A stretch of 61,241 nt of DNA, the filler included, from Chiloscyllium plagiosum (taxonomy: Eukaryota): assembly GCF_004010195.1 (NCBI RefSeq). It is 5 parts of one record of this genome, joined end to end, with 100 filler letters (N's around TTAATTAATTAA, not from the genome) between each part and the next. Parts side by side here need not be neighbours in the genome. Positions count along the whole stretch, not along the records: positions 1 to 13,792 come from NC_057715.1; 4 more parts are not named here. One strand, given 5' to 3'. Below, piece after piece: positions 1 through 11,370 of this stretch (position 1 is its first letter; every line of letters starts with the position of its first letter). Position numbers and translations under genes: made by a program. The notes under the pieces are model-generated. The model was not told the DNA's origin. It was given only the letters and a program-made list of their open reading frames with translations, and did no database searches.

Positions 1-846
1 GGTTGTGGGGGTGGGAGGTGGGAGGGGGGGGGGGGGGAGGCAGGTTGAGGCGATTAATGTCCCGGCAGCAGTTGCAAATGAGGAGGTCGAGGGCAGGTAA
101 TAGGCCAGCGCGGGGTGTCCAGGTAGATGGAGTGTGTTGGAGGCGAGTGAAGGGGTCCTCGGAAGGTGGGCGGGAGTCCTGATTGTAAAAGTAAGCTCGG
201 AGACGGAGGCAGCAGAAGAAGTGTTTAACGTCACGACGTATATTAAATTTATTGATGCATGGGCGGAGGGGGATAAAGGTGAGTCCTTTGCTGAGAACTG
301 ATCGTTTGTCCTCAGTGAGGGAAGGTCTGGAGGGATGGTGAAAACTCGGCAGGGTGGGGACCTGGGACCCGGTGTGGGTGTGGAGCTGGGAGTGAGGGCG
401 GAGCCTGTAACTGGAGTGGGTGTGGTGGTGAGGGGAATGGGGGTGGAGTCATGAGCAGGGGTAGTGTTCCCCTCAGGGTTCTGGGGGACGGGGATGGTGA
501 CAGTGGGATCTGTGGGGGGAGGGGCATGTCAGCAGAATGCAGGTGAGTGACGTTGGTGGGAGCGGAAGTGGTGGCGACCACAGCAGTGGGGGGTGGGGGA
601 GGGGTGATGTGAGGGGCAGAAAAGATGTCACGTGTGGTGCATGAAGATTTGTGAGGAGCGGAAGTGGCTGTGGAAGTAGCCATGTTGTGGGCAGAAGTGA
701 CGTCATCGATCACCGTGGAGGTGGTAGCTGTACCAACCACATGGCAATTGGCATCCAAGCAGTTCCAGAGGCCGGGGGAATCTACTGCTCCTCGGATGCT
801 GCCTGAACTGCTGTGCTTTTCCAGCACCACTCTAATCAAGAATCTT
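1..846 (-). mobile_element. Penelope-like element (family A): RT N-terminal region and Pro-rich leader on minus strand, with an inverted pLTR piece at about 780-846
   Basis: 41-350 is the reverse complement of 60515-60830 (LSKGLTFIP...RLRAYF). 785-838 matches the pLTR text ctgctcctcggatgctgcctga...ccagcaccactctaatc in the opposite orientation, as is typical of PLE 5' inversions. Confidence 0.85.
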
Positions 847-1018
847 GATTTAAGAGGGCAAGTGCCCCATGTGACAGCCAGGTTTGAGTGGGTGAAAGAG
901 AGTGAAGGTTTCTGATGAGTGCTTGAGCCATAACCAAGCGCTTGTAACAAGAAGAGGGCAAACAGCAAAAGACCCTTGGAAAAGGAAATCCAAAATAGGC
1001 CACTACAGGGTCAGAGAC

Positions 1019-1185
1019 CCATAAGACCATAAGACATAGGAGTGGAAGTAAGGCCATTCAGCCCATCGAGTCCACTCCGCCATTCAATCATGGCTGATGG
1101 GCATTTCAACTCCACTTACCTGCACTCTCCCCATAGCTCTTAATTCCTTGTGACATCAAGAATTTATCAATCAAGAATTTATCAA
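1019..1185 (-). mobile_element. CR1 LINE 3' end fragment
   Basis: ccataagaccataagacataggagtggaagtaaggccattcagccc is a reverse-oriented CR1 3' tail with a short tandem terminus. Confidence 0.75.
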
Positions 1186-1310
1186 CCCACAGGAAAGATA
1201 GGCAAGGAAGCTGAATCCAGAGTAAAAGTACCCATGAGAATACAAGGAAGCTAGAGTAGGGTTAGGGATCCAGGAAGAAAGAAAAAATTAAAAGGATCAG
1301 GCACCCAGAT

Positions 1311-2560
1311 TTGCAGAGAAGTGGAAAAGCAACTAATACAATATCAGGGATCCACGAGAGAGAGAGAGCAGTAAGTTATAAGGGAACAATTGGAGAAATG
1401 GCACTCTGCCCAGGGTGGAAGGAGGTACTAAGAAAGTGGTGCAGGTGGGTTGTCTGTTGCAGTAAAGAAACATTGGGTTTGGGACCCGCAGGACAGAAAT
1501 GTTGGGAGGCAGAGTGGAAATCTGAAGGGAAATGCGCTTTAAGATTCAGCAACTTTTCAGCACTAAACTAACCAGTTGCACGGAGCAATTGAGAGATAGA
1601 GAGTGGGAGAAGGTGAAGCCAAGGAAGGAGTTGATGGAAGTGAAGCAGAAACTGAAGAAGTAAGAGCCAAAGCAACAGAGCAAGACCAGAGAAATCAGGT
1701 GAACATGATACACTTGGGAGAGTTTCAGACCCAATGCAATAGAGTGTATCACGAGGTACAGCTCGCGAACAGTAACTGGGACATAACCTGAAAAGCTATG
1801 GACAAGATGATGGAGAAATGTACTCAGAGTCCTGCTCCAGGCAGGTGAAGAAAACATGACCCATGCTGCAGATCATTTGAAATGCCAGTGCAAGATTAGA
1901 AAATTAAACCCTCAGTCCTCTGTGCAAATGGGCATCATATGTGCATTTGGGATAATTGAATCAGATGGGGACAGCGATTATGGAATAGAGTGGGAGCTAC
2001 GCGGGGGATACATTCCAAGACCTACTGTAGAAGCTCAAAACCACAGATAGGAGTGAACCCATTCATTTAAATGGGAAATCAACCTTCCTGGCAGCCCCCT
2101 GGTCCCTGGTTCTGGAAGGTTCCCTATAACATTTTTGGGCTGCGGTAACTGAAACCACGGAAAATGATTCTGTGGATACGAGGGTCGCCCTGTATGTAAA
2201 TTCACCTTCATGTTTCACATTGACCTGCTTGTCCCAGTGTTCTCACAATCCTCTGTCAATATTTAATCAGAAGCTGGCTAAAGGACTGGAGAGATTCCCC
2301 TGACCAGACTGTTTGGTACAGGACATGGGTGATTTCATCCTGCAGCCAGAAACAAGCACTGAACATTTGACACTGGTAAAGGAACTGTGCCTTCCTCACC
2401 ACCCTTGGACAAAAGTTAACCCCAAGAAGGCACAGATCATACTTTGGAACTGTGACAGCTCAGGGGAAAGATGCAGTAGAAAGGAGGTTCACAGAGACCA
2501 TAAAGAATTGAAATACTTTCTCTATCTTGCTCATCATTTTGGAGTATAGCAGCTGATGAA
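1311..2560 (+). mobile_element. Decayed retrovirus-like element: putative gag remnants (about 1311-1995) and RT core (about 2195-2560)
   Basis: The frame from 2217 reads TLTCLSQCSHNPLSIFNQKLAKGLERFP*PDCLVQDMGDFILQPETSTEHLTLVKEL...KVNPKKAQI. This is a degraded TWT-LPQG-x-NSPSIF...QYVDDLLL...KVNPKKAQ RT. Upstream short ORFs are Glu/Lys-rich and gag-like (inference). Confidence 0.7.
1997..2194 (+). mobile_element. pogo/Tigger-like MITE inserted in the retrovirus-like remnant
   Basis: The start cgcgggggatacattccaagacc and the end gtaactgaaaccacggaaaatgattctgtggatacgagggtcgccctgTA resemble Tigger/MER8-MER44-type termini. Confidence 0.6.
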
Positions 2561-2624
2561 AAGGCAAATTGGGAAAACAACCATTCACCAAAAGCCTAAG
2601 ATGCTTATTTATGTGGATATGGAC

Positions 2625-3035
2625 GAAAGTGAGAACTGCCAATGCCAGAGATTAGAGTCAAGATTAGAGTGGTGCTGGAAAAGCACAGCAGGTCAGGCAG
2701 CATCTGAGGAGCAGGAAAGTTGATGTTTTGGGCCAAAGCCCTTCATCAGGGATGAGGCTGGAAACCTCAGAGGTGGAGAGATAAAGGGAAGGGGTTGGGG
2801 GGGGGGGGGGGTGAGGCTGGGGAGAAGGTAGCTGAGAGTGCAATAGGTGGATGGTAAAAATGATAGGTCGGAGAGGAGGGTGGAGCAGATAGATGGGATG
2901 GAAGATTGACAGATGGGACAGCTCATGAGGACGGTACTGAGTTGGAAGGTTGGAATCAAGGTAAGGTGGGGGCAGGGGAAATGAGGAAACTGGTGAAGTC
3001 ATGGGGTTGAAGGGTGCCAAAATGGAAGATGTCAA
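2625..3035 (-). mobile_element. PLE family A 3' end/pLTR with decayed hammerhead core (2719-2750)
   Basis: Reverse complement reads cctgatgaagggctttggcccaaaacatcaactttcctgctcctcagatgctgcctgacctgc. Confidence 0.85.
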
Positions 3036-3404
3036 TCGTTAAACAACTGTGTTCTCTGATAGAGAATCTGGAATCTCAAGGACTCTCAGACTTCGAACTG
3101 CATAACTTTCATTTTCTTATATGTGCCGGATGTTCATCTTTTTAAATTTATTATCTGTGTTTGTGTGTATTTGATTCGGGTGTCTGCCCTACCATTCTTA
3201 ATACTCTTTCTTGGAGTTAGTAAATAACAAAATTAGTCTTCCTTTCATTCAAGAAAGTCTTGTAATTGGTTCCTTCATTTTCTAGTGAGCTGCACTTAAT
3301 TGAATTGTGATAGCTGTGTGCTAAAACAAAATAAAAATATTTATCTTGACTGATCAAGAGGGGATTAAAAAGATGAAAACTCATTTCTATCCCACTCCCA
3401 CTCC

Positions 3405-3612
3405 TTACATGTGTATGAGAGAGGATCTGTGTGAGCATGTAAAGGTGTGTGTGTGCGCGCACATGAGTGTATAGTGTAGTGAGGTCACCTGTTATGCAAC
3501 AACTCAGAATGGCCAACCAGAGGCTGATAGCCAAGTTTGGTAATCATGAGAATGACCTCAACTGGGACCTTGGGTTCAGGTCACACTACAGGTGACCCCA
3601 CTACACTATAAA

Positions 3613-3643
<31 letters not shown>

Positions 3644-4301
3644 TCACACACACGCACGCACACACTCTACCAAGAACGCACACATACAAACACACTCTCT
3701 CATGCGCACTCACATTCACATACGCACTCACATGCACACACACTCTCTCTCTGTCATGCATTCACACATATAAGTCTATGGGGTGAAGTTTCATTCACAG
3801 AATTGTATTAGTAGATACCTTCTATTTTGTTCAAAAAGCACACAATCTGCAGGCAGTCAATCCAAATAACATTTTATAAATTCTGACTTTGTAAAAAGAA
3901 CCAGTCTGACTCAAGATGGGACTGACAGACTCTAACCTCACACCTTCAATGAATTGTCTGAGCTGAGATGTCTTTTTTTTATAAAACCTTAAATTACCTT
4001 GAGAATGTGACTTAAGAGAAGTTCTGGGATTTACATATTAATGACCCAAAACTTGCAACCCATTCAGAAAGATGAAAGACTTAATAGAAATCTAGGTTTG
4101 TTCAATATATCATTTCAGGTGCTTGACACTGTAATCTTTTGCTATAAATTCTGTGTCTTATGATCCTGCCCCATAGCTACTCAATGAAGGAGCAGCACTC
4201 CAATAGGCAGTACTCTCAACTAAATCTGTTAGACTATAACCTGGTATTGTATGATTTTCAATTTTGTCCACTCCTTTCCAACACTGGCACCTCCACATCA
4301 T
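3405..4301 (+). mobile_element. PLE family B 3' part (GIY-YIG C-terminus plus pLTR) with inverted 5' piece at about 3405-3500
   Basis: cagaggctgatagccaagtttggt...ctcaactgggaccttgggttc encodes QRLIAKFG...LN.DLGF. It has (TC)/(CA) tracts and the 3' terminus ttggactataacctggt...ctccacatcat shared with other family B copies. Confidence 0.8.
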
Positions 4302-4759
4302 GTTATGAGAAAAATAATGCTCTGAATTCACTCTCTTGATTTGAAAAGTAATTTTTGAGAGTTTGTACTCTTTATATGTTTATAATAAATTGTAATGTGT
4401 AGCCAGCAATGTAACTACATGTTTGCAATTAATATTTGTAAACTTATGCTCAGAGGTTAAACTTAATTGTGGAATAGTTCATAGGCTTTTATTTCTTATG
4501 CATTTTCCCTTACACCTTAGAACTAGAGTTAAGGATTTATTCAAAAAGGTCCAAATCAGTGGTGTATTGAATCAGGTCCTAATAATCCCAATTGTTATGG
4601 TTTGGCCTATTGATAAAATAGCAAGGTTGGCATCAATTCCCTTATTTAAAGAAAATCTACACTACTTGAGTCTCTTCCCAATGTAAATAGGATCATAAAA
4701 GCCAGGAGGAGACCATTCAGTCCATCAGTCATTGTCAGCTCTCCAAAAGAGGTAACCAA

Positions 4760-5026
4760 TTAGATTAAATTAGATTAGATTAGATTACTTACAGTGTGGA
4801 AACAGGCCCTTCGGCCCAACAAGTCCACACCGCCCCACCGATGCGCAACCCACCCATACCCCTACATTTACCCCTTACCTAACACTACGGGCAATTTAGC
4901 ATGGCCAATTCACCTGACCTGCACATCTTTGGACTGTGGGAGGAAACCGGAGCACCCGGAGGAAACCCATGCAGACACGGGGAGAACGTGCAAACTCCAC
5001 ACAGTCAGTCGCCTGAGGCGGGAATT
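4760..5026 (-). mobile_element. HE1-type V-SINE, 5'-truncated
   Basis: (ttaga)n tail, CR1-like 3' region gtgtggaaacaggcccttcggcccaac, and V-domain ggactgtgggaggaaaccggagcacccggaggaaaccc. Confidence 0.92.
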
Positions 5027-8000
5027 AATTTCATTCCCCCTTTATCAGTCACCTCAGTTGAGCTTCCTCCAGTTGTACCTTACAGACTAAATATTTCCTT
5101 TGAAGCAAAAATATTTTAGAGTTACCCTCAGCAGCGATAGAGCTTCTTTATTCACTAGGACCAGAGAGGAAAGAAAAGTAATATAAACACATTTGTTGGT
5201 GGATAATGAAGGTACATGCAGCATTTAGGCAAAAGTGGTATTGATAAAAGAAAAATAAGCAATAAGCCCACCGCAACCTGCAAAGGAAAATGCTGTGATA
5301 ACTCTAGACATAGGTTACACATCAGAAAGGTTTTGAAGTAAGCATTCAGTAATGGGGTTAAGTCCAATATCCAAATAAAGGAGACAGTGAATACTATGTA
5401 GTTTGTTGCTCGCAAAGGCACCTGGATAACAGTATGACTACATGAATTAGGATGCAATCTTCCACTTTCAGAACACTTTTATTCCTTATTTCTTCTCATT
5501 CAAGACATTACTTGTGGAAGACATTGATAGAAAGAAGAATCAATTGCAAATACCTAAAGGTCTCATGCTGTGTACAGCTGCTAGCTGTATCTGAGCCATA
5601 TGTGAAATATCAGGTCCTGTTAGACAATACAAACACTTAATCAAACCTATATGCACATATTTATATGTGTCATAGCATTTTTAATTAATTCACAATCTGA
5701 TTCTGTTTTAGGCAGCATTTGTATAGGTTGTTCCTGTTCAGTGTCTGATTATAAACCATATTTTACTTCTCCTTGACTAATTCCATGCAATAGGATTTCA
5801 TTGTGTATACATCTGTTAAGAATATTTGAAGAGCTTTAACAAGTTCCTGCAAGTAGAAAAAAAACCAAGTTCCTTCAAAAGCCAAGGCTGCCATCGTCAG
5901 ACTGGACGAAGTAATTTTAATTTTTTTCTGTTATAGTGCAATGACAAATGAGTTCACGCATGTCTCTGACAGACTCAAGAATATTCTGTACAAGCTGAGC
6001 TAAAACTATAACTGATGCAGCTCTGACATGGTCTTCTCAAAGCAGAACTAGTTGATTGATGAGTAAATGGGTAAAGCTGTTTTAAAAGAGCAATATCTGA
6101 CATTTTTGAAATTGTTAACAATGTAGAACACTGCCGACAATGTAATATACTTCCAGAACATATAACACATATAGTATTTCCATGAAACACAATGAAATGT
6201 ATTTGTCATTGTCTCCTGTCACATAATGCAGTGCTGCTCTGAATGTTGACATACTAAGTCTTGAACACAGTTTTAAGGCCTAGAGTATTTTCCCTACCTT
6301 TCTTTTGTAGTTCATGATATTACTTAAACTGCTTACACACTTCACTTTGTGCAAGTTTTACAAGAGCTTAGTGATTCTTTTCTGTCAAACCAGGGTCACA
6401 TAAAAGACTGTGCTCTTGCAGGATTTCAACCTACAGTATAAGGTAGATGTGACACATGTTAATACAGTATTGTTGTGCAGTCATTGTGACACAAAAGGCA
6501 AGCTATCTCTCATCTTTCCAAAAACGCTCATGTGTTTAGCATATGTTTTGATAGCACTTCATTGCATCTCACAAATATTTCAAATCTATCCCAATATGGT
6601 TAAACAATAGTGACTATAATTGGGAAGACACAAGACTCCACAGGCAACAATGAGTTGAATGACGAATTCCTTGTTTCTAAGAGTCATACAAGTTCAGACA
6701 GATTATTAATCAAAATAATGTAAATATAAATAGAATGTAAAATGAACTATGAAAAGTAAACATCCCATAGTGCGAAGGGAATGAGAAGAAACATTAGGAA
6801 TATATATAAGTTATTAGAGCATCAGATTCTTTGCCACAGGGAAAGGTTGAGACAGTCATCATTGCACATTAGAGTAAAATAATCATTTGAAGCCAAGTTG
6901 GATAAAGGTTTAAAGGAGAAAACAGAACAATCCAATTGGTTTAAGATTGTTCCAACAAAGAACAGGTACAGACATGACGAGAAACTTTAAACAAATAAGG
7001 CTTACAAGTCAGAATCCTGATTCCAAGCCATCTGCCTCTACTGTTAACTGAGCCTGGAATGTGAGTGGGTGACCAGTCCAAACCCAGTAGGTAGGTTGGT
7101 ACTTTATTAACTATAATGAAGCTCCTAGCCTCATCGTTGTTTCAATGGAACCTTGATGGCTGGGTCTCCTGAGTGCTGCATCCAGATCCAGGTGGTCAGT
7201 GTCAGCAGATTCAGTGGTGCCTGCCTGGGTATCACCCGAATCGGGCAGCCTACCTTCTCAACCATACTCACAACCTCCTACTTCTCCCACTCCTGAAGCC
7301 TCTGGTTCCAACCCTTAGCACCTGATTTCTATTTCCCAACCCAAGGCCTCCAATGCCCCGCAGTTTCTGAACTACATCATTCCCCACTCCAAGCTCCCAG
7401 TAAATCAGATTAAGTTAAAAATAAAGGCCAATGACCTGAATGTTCCATTCTAAACTGTAGGCATCTATGTTACTATGGAGCAGTATATCCATTATTAATT
7501 TTGTGCTTATGGCATTTTTTCCAAAAAAGGAAAAATTCATTTCAGCTCATTTACAATGTTCATTCAGTTGTTATGCAAACGCATTAAGGACTTACATTCT
7601 TTCTTATTGCATTGAAGCACTTGTCTGTCCTTTAAATTCTGTTCCAAATCCATTGTCTTCTCATATGTACTTCTTCTCTCATTGCTCCATTTCAATGAGC
7701 AATCACTACTTTCTTTTATATTGATATTTATTTTCACAAAATGCACAGATATTTGATTTTAAAAATCAAACTACAAATGGTCAAATGAGATTTGAGTGAG
7801 TTAAAATCTTGGCCATGGTGTGATAGAATTTAAAGAACTGCAAAATCAGGGGTTCTGAGAATACTGAGAGGTGGTTGGGTGGGATTGGGGTGGCTTGAAT
7901 GTCAAATCAGAAAATTCAAATGTATTCTTATTGTTAAGAGCGGTTCTATTGTGACATGTCACTATTTTTGTGAATGAAGCTCAAACCAACTAGTTGTGAA

Positions 8001-9009
8001 TGTGACACTTTTTTAAACAAGTATGACAGAAATTAAATGCAAGGCAAACACTCTGAACAACATATGATACAAACTAGTAAATGGGTACAAATTGAAAACA
8101 GAACAATGGCAATATGGAAGTAAATTATGGAGCTTGTTCAAGTGCATTTTTTCAGTTCAAATTTGTCAATTAAACCTTGACACAGAAAGCATTTCAGACA
8201 ATCATATTTCATTTGCTGAAGCATAAACTAAAGCATGATGTATTTTCCATATCCTATTATTTGATCTGATCACATCCAGTTAAATATTTTAGAACACCAC
8301 ATCCATCCTTAACTTAGCATTAATATTTTACAATGTAGCAACTAAACAATATACTTGCATAATGCTGTCCAACAACAGAGATAACTTCACAATTGAATTG
8401 ATTTTAATTGACGAGGAGGCATTATTCTAGCAACAAATGCCAAACAGCGAGATACCTTGATGTTTTTTGAACAGCACAAAGCCCCATAGAAAGGCACACA
8501 ATAAGGTTTCTATTTTGTTCCTGATTTTTGTTGCTATGTAATGAGTTGCATATTGAGCGCACCTGGATGTTTATTATAGTTTGCTATATTGAGAGCACCT
8601 GACATGAAAGCAACTCAAAATCCTAATGGTGTGTGCATAGATGGTGGGGGGTAGTATATAGGTCAGGGATAAAAGAAAACATTGAAAACAAATTAGTGTA
8701 TTTACAAAAAAAATTGTTATCCTTCTAAATAATGAGTTAAAGCATCTTCAATATGGAAAATACGAAATTCCACTTATTTGAAATCAACCCAGATCCACTT
8801 CAAACATTGGCAGGCTTCTCATCTTGCTTTAATGATTCAGTTCTGGCAAGTTCTGAGTTTTTAGAAAGTTTAGATTCTTGTGAAAATAGATGAACTTAAG
8901 ATTTAAAAGAACTTGCATTGATAATGTACTTATAACATAGTGCAATATCCCAAAATATTTAGCAGGAGTGTGAACAATCAAATTTGACACCAAACTATGG
9001 AATATTCTG

Positions 9010-9687
9010 TTCAAATCACACAACACCAGATTATAGTCCAAAAGGTTTATTTGGAAGCACTAGCTTTCAGAGCACTGCTCCTTTCTCAGGTGGTTGTGGT
9101 GTATAAGATCGTAGGACACAGAATTTATAGCAAAAGTTTACAGTATGATGCAACTGAAATTATATATTGAAAAAGACCTGGATGGTTCGTTAAGTCTCTC
9201 ATCTTTTAAACTGATTCATGTTGATTTCAGTTCTTCCATATGTAAATCCTAGAACTTCCTTTTAAAGTTGCATTCTCAAGTTAACGTTAACAGTAGGTGC
9301 CATGTCAGCTCAGATAATGCATTGAAGGTGCGAGGTGCCCTGTGTGATTCTATTTCTAAGAAGGGATTTAAAGAATCTTACATGGATTGATGTAGTTTTT
9401 GAGCAAAATAAAATGTAATTCTGCAAGTACAAATTCACCCCACAAACTCCTCTGTGTGTGTGTATGTGTGTGTGAGTGTATATATGTGTGTGTGTGTGTG
9501 AAAGAGAGAGAGAGTGTAATGCAGTGGGGTCACCTGTAGTGTGACATGAACCCGAGGTCCCAGTGGAGGCCATCCCCATGGGTACCGATCAGAGGCTGAT
9601 AGACAAGCTCGGTATCCATGGGACGGCCTCAACCGGGACCTCGGGTTCATGTCACCCTACAGGTGACCCCACTGCATTACATGCTCG

Positions 9688-9737
<50 letters not shown>

Positions 9738-10244
9738 TAAGTTTGTGGGGTAAATTTGTACTTGCAGAATTACATTTTATTTTGTTCAAAATCTGCAAGA
9801 ATCCATGTAAGATTCTGTAAATCCTTTTTTTAAAAATAGAATCAGTCTGAACACTGGGGCACAGACAGTCTCACACAGGTCACCTCACACCTTCAATGCA
9901 TTATCTGAGCTGATATGGCACCTATTATTAAAGTTCACTTGAGAATGTAACTTTTTTTAAAAATCTGGGATTTACATTTGAAAGAACTGAAACCAACATG
10001 GTCATTCTAAAAGATGAGAGACTTAACAAACAATCGAGGTCTTTTTCAATGTATAATTTCAGCTACATCACAGTGTAAATTTTTGCTATAACATCTATGT
10101 CTTAAGATCTTATACTCCACAATCACTGATGAAGGAGCAGCGCTCCAAAAGCTAGTGCTTCCAAATAAATCTGTTGGACTATAACCTAGTGTTGTGTGAT
10201 TTTTAACGTTATCCACCCCTGTCCAACATGGGCTCCTCCACATC
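9010..10244. mobile_element. Head-to-head inverted pair of PLE family B pLTRs inserted in an old L2 fragment
   Basis: Left arm about 9010-9588 (minus) and right arm about 9589-10244 (plus). TSD atggaatatt[c/a]tg at 8997-9009 and 10245-10257. Confidence 0.88.
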
Positions 10245-10505
10245 ATGGAATATTATGGTAGATGGTAAAAATCATGGTCAGAGCTCACTTTGATGGGATG
10301 TTTAAAGCAGGAAAAGGGATAGAACAGTGAAAAGACTTTGGGAAGGGAAGTCAAGAGAAAAATAAATGTGTTATTTTCGCATCTCTCATTTCATGTGAAA
10401 ATCCATAGAAAATTAAATCTAATGCTAGAGCAGGTATCAGCAATTGTCAAAAACCAAGCCATGAAAACACAAGTGTGCCACATTCTTACAAACAGTGGTT
10501 ATTTT

Positions 10506-10519
10506 CTGCCACCTAGTGG
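10506..10519 (-). promoter_or_regulatory. Candidate CTCF binding motif
   Basis: ctgccacctagtgg is the reverse complement of CCACTAGGTGGCAG, an excellent match to the CTCF core, and lies in apparently non-repeat DNA. Confidence 0.55.
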
Positions 10520-10684
10520 TGCATTTATATCGAAAGAAAAATACTCTCATCCAAGCACAAGAAATCTAAATATTTATTAAGCAACTTGATTATACTGTAC
10601 TTAAGCTATCTCAGTGATTTCAAAATCAGTGCAAAAATCATTCCAAATTTCAGTGCAATCCTTTTTGAATTGTCAGGTAGATTT

Positions 10685-11370
10685 TAATGTTGAGAAATGA
10701 GATATTACACACTTTGGCAGAAAGAATAGAGGGACTGAATATTATTGAAATAGAGAAAGGCTTCTTAAAGCTGCAGCACAGTGAGATTTAAGGGGTCCTT
10801 ATCTCAAGAAATAAAAATTAGCCAGTATACCAGCTTAGCAGGTAATAGGGAATGCAAATAGAATACTGGCCTTTATTTCAAAAGATATGAATTATAAAAA
10901 TAATTTTAAAAAGCTGAGGATGCTAGCAAAGCATAGCAGATCCGACTGCATCTGCAGAGAGAGAAACAGAATTGACATTTCAAGTACATTATGACACTTG
11001 AGATACTGCAGATCTGCTGGGTTTCTCCAGCACTTTGTTTTAAATTCAGATATCTGGCATTCACAGTACTTTGCTTTTTAAAAAAAGGCAATTCTTGCCT
11101 AATTTACTAAAGACCCTAGTTAGAACACTCCTGGAATACTGTGAACATTATTAGTCCCCTTATCTAAGGAAAGCTGTACTGGTGTTTGAAGGCAGTCCAG
11201 AGAAGGTTCGCTTGCTTGATCCTCTATATGTTAGGATTATCTTATGAGAAGATGTTGAGAAGATTGGGCCTGTAGTCATTGGATTTTTGACAAATGAGAG
11301 GAGATCTTATTGAAACACATCATATTTCTAAGGCATTCTCCAAGATAGATGACAAGAGGTTACTTCCTCT
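10685..11370 (+). mobile_element. Old CR1 LINE RT C-terminal fragment
   Basis: Degenerate FNVEK..., LAFISK..., LEYCE....PYLRK, QRRF and GDLIET motifs. Interrupted by a mini-PLE at about 10905-11078. Confidence 0.75.
10905..11078. mobile_element. Old fold-back PLE pLTR remnant (family C)
   Basis: gcatctgcagagagagaaacagaattgacatttc is followed by the opposite-orientation ctgctgggtttctccagcactttg...cagtactttgctttt. Confidence 0.6.

Noticed and set aside
312..968. 218-aa Pro/Thr-rich ORF as a mucin-like gene
   Set aside because: It runs through the PLE C-rich leader and inverted pLTR, and the same sequence recurs at 13562 and 60477.
4794..5090. Repeated ORFs MWKQALRPNKST... (also 40899 and 56162) as a gene family
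   Set aside because: They are antisense translations of HE1 SINE copies.
5937..6003. Possible terminal exon AMTNEFTHVSDRLKNILYKLS* after a pyrimidine-rich acceptor
   Set aside because: No recognisable homology or linked upstream exon; expected by chance in AT-rich DNA.
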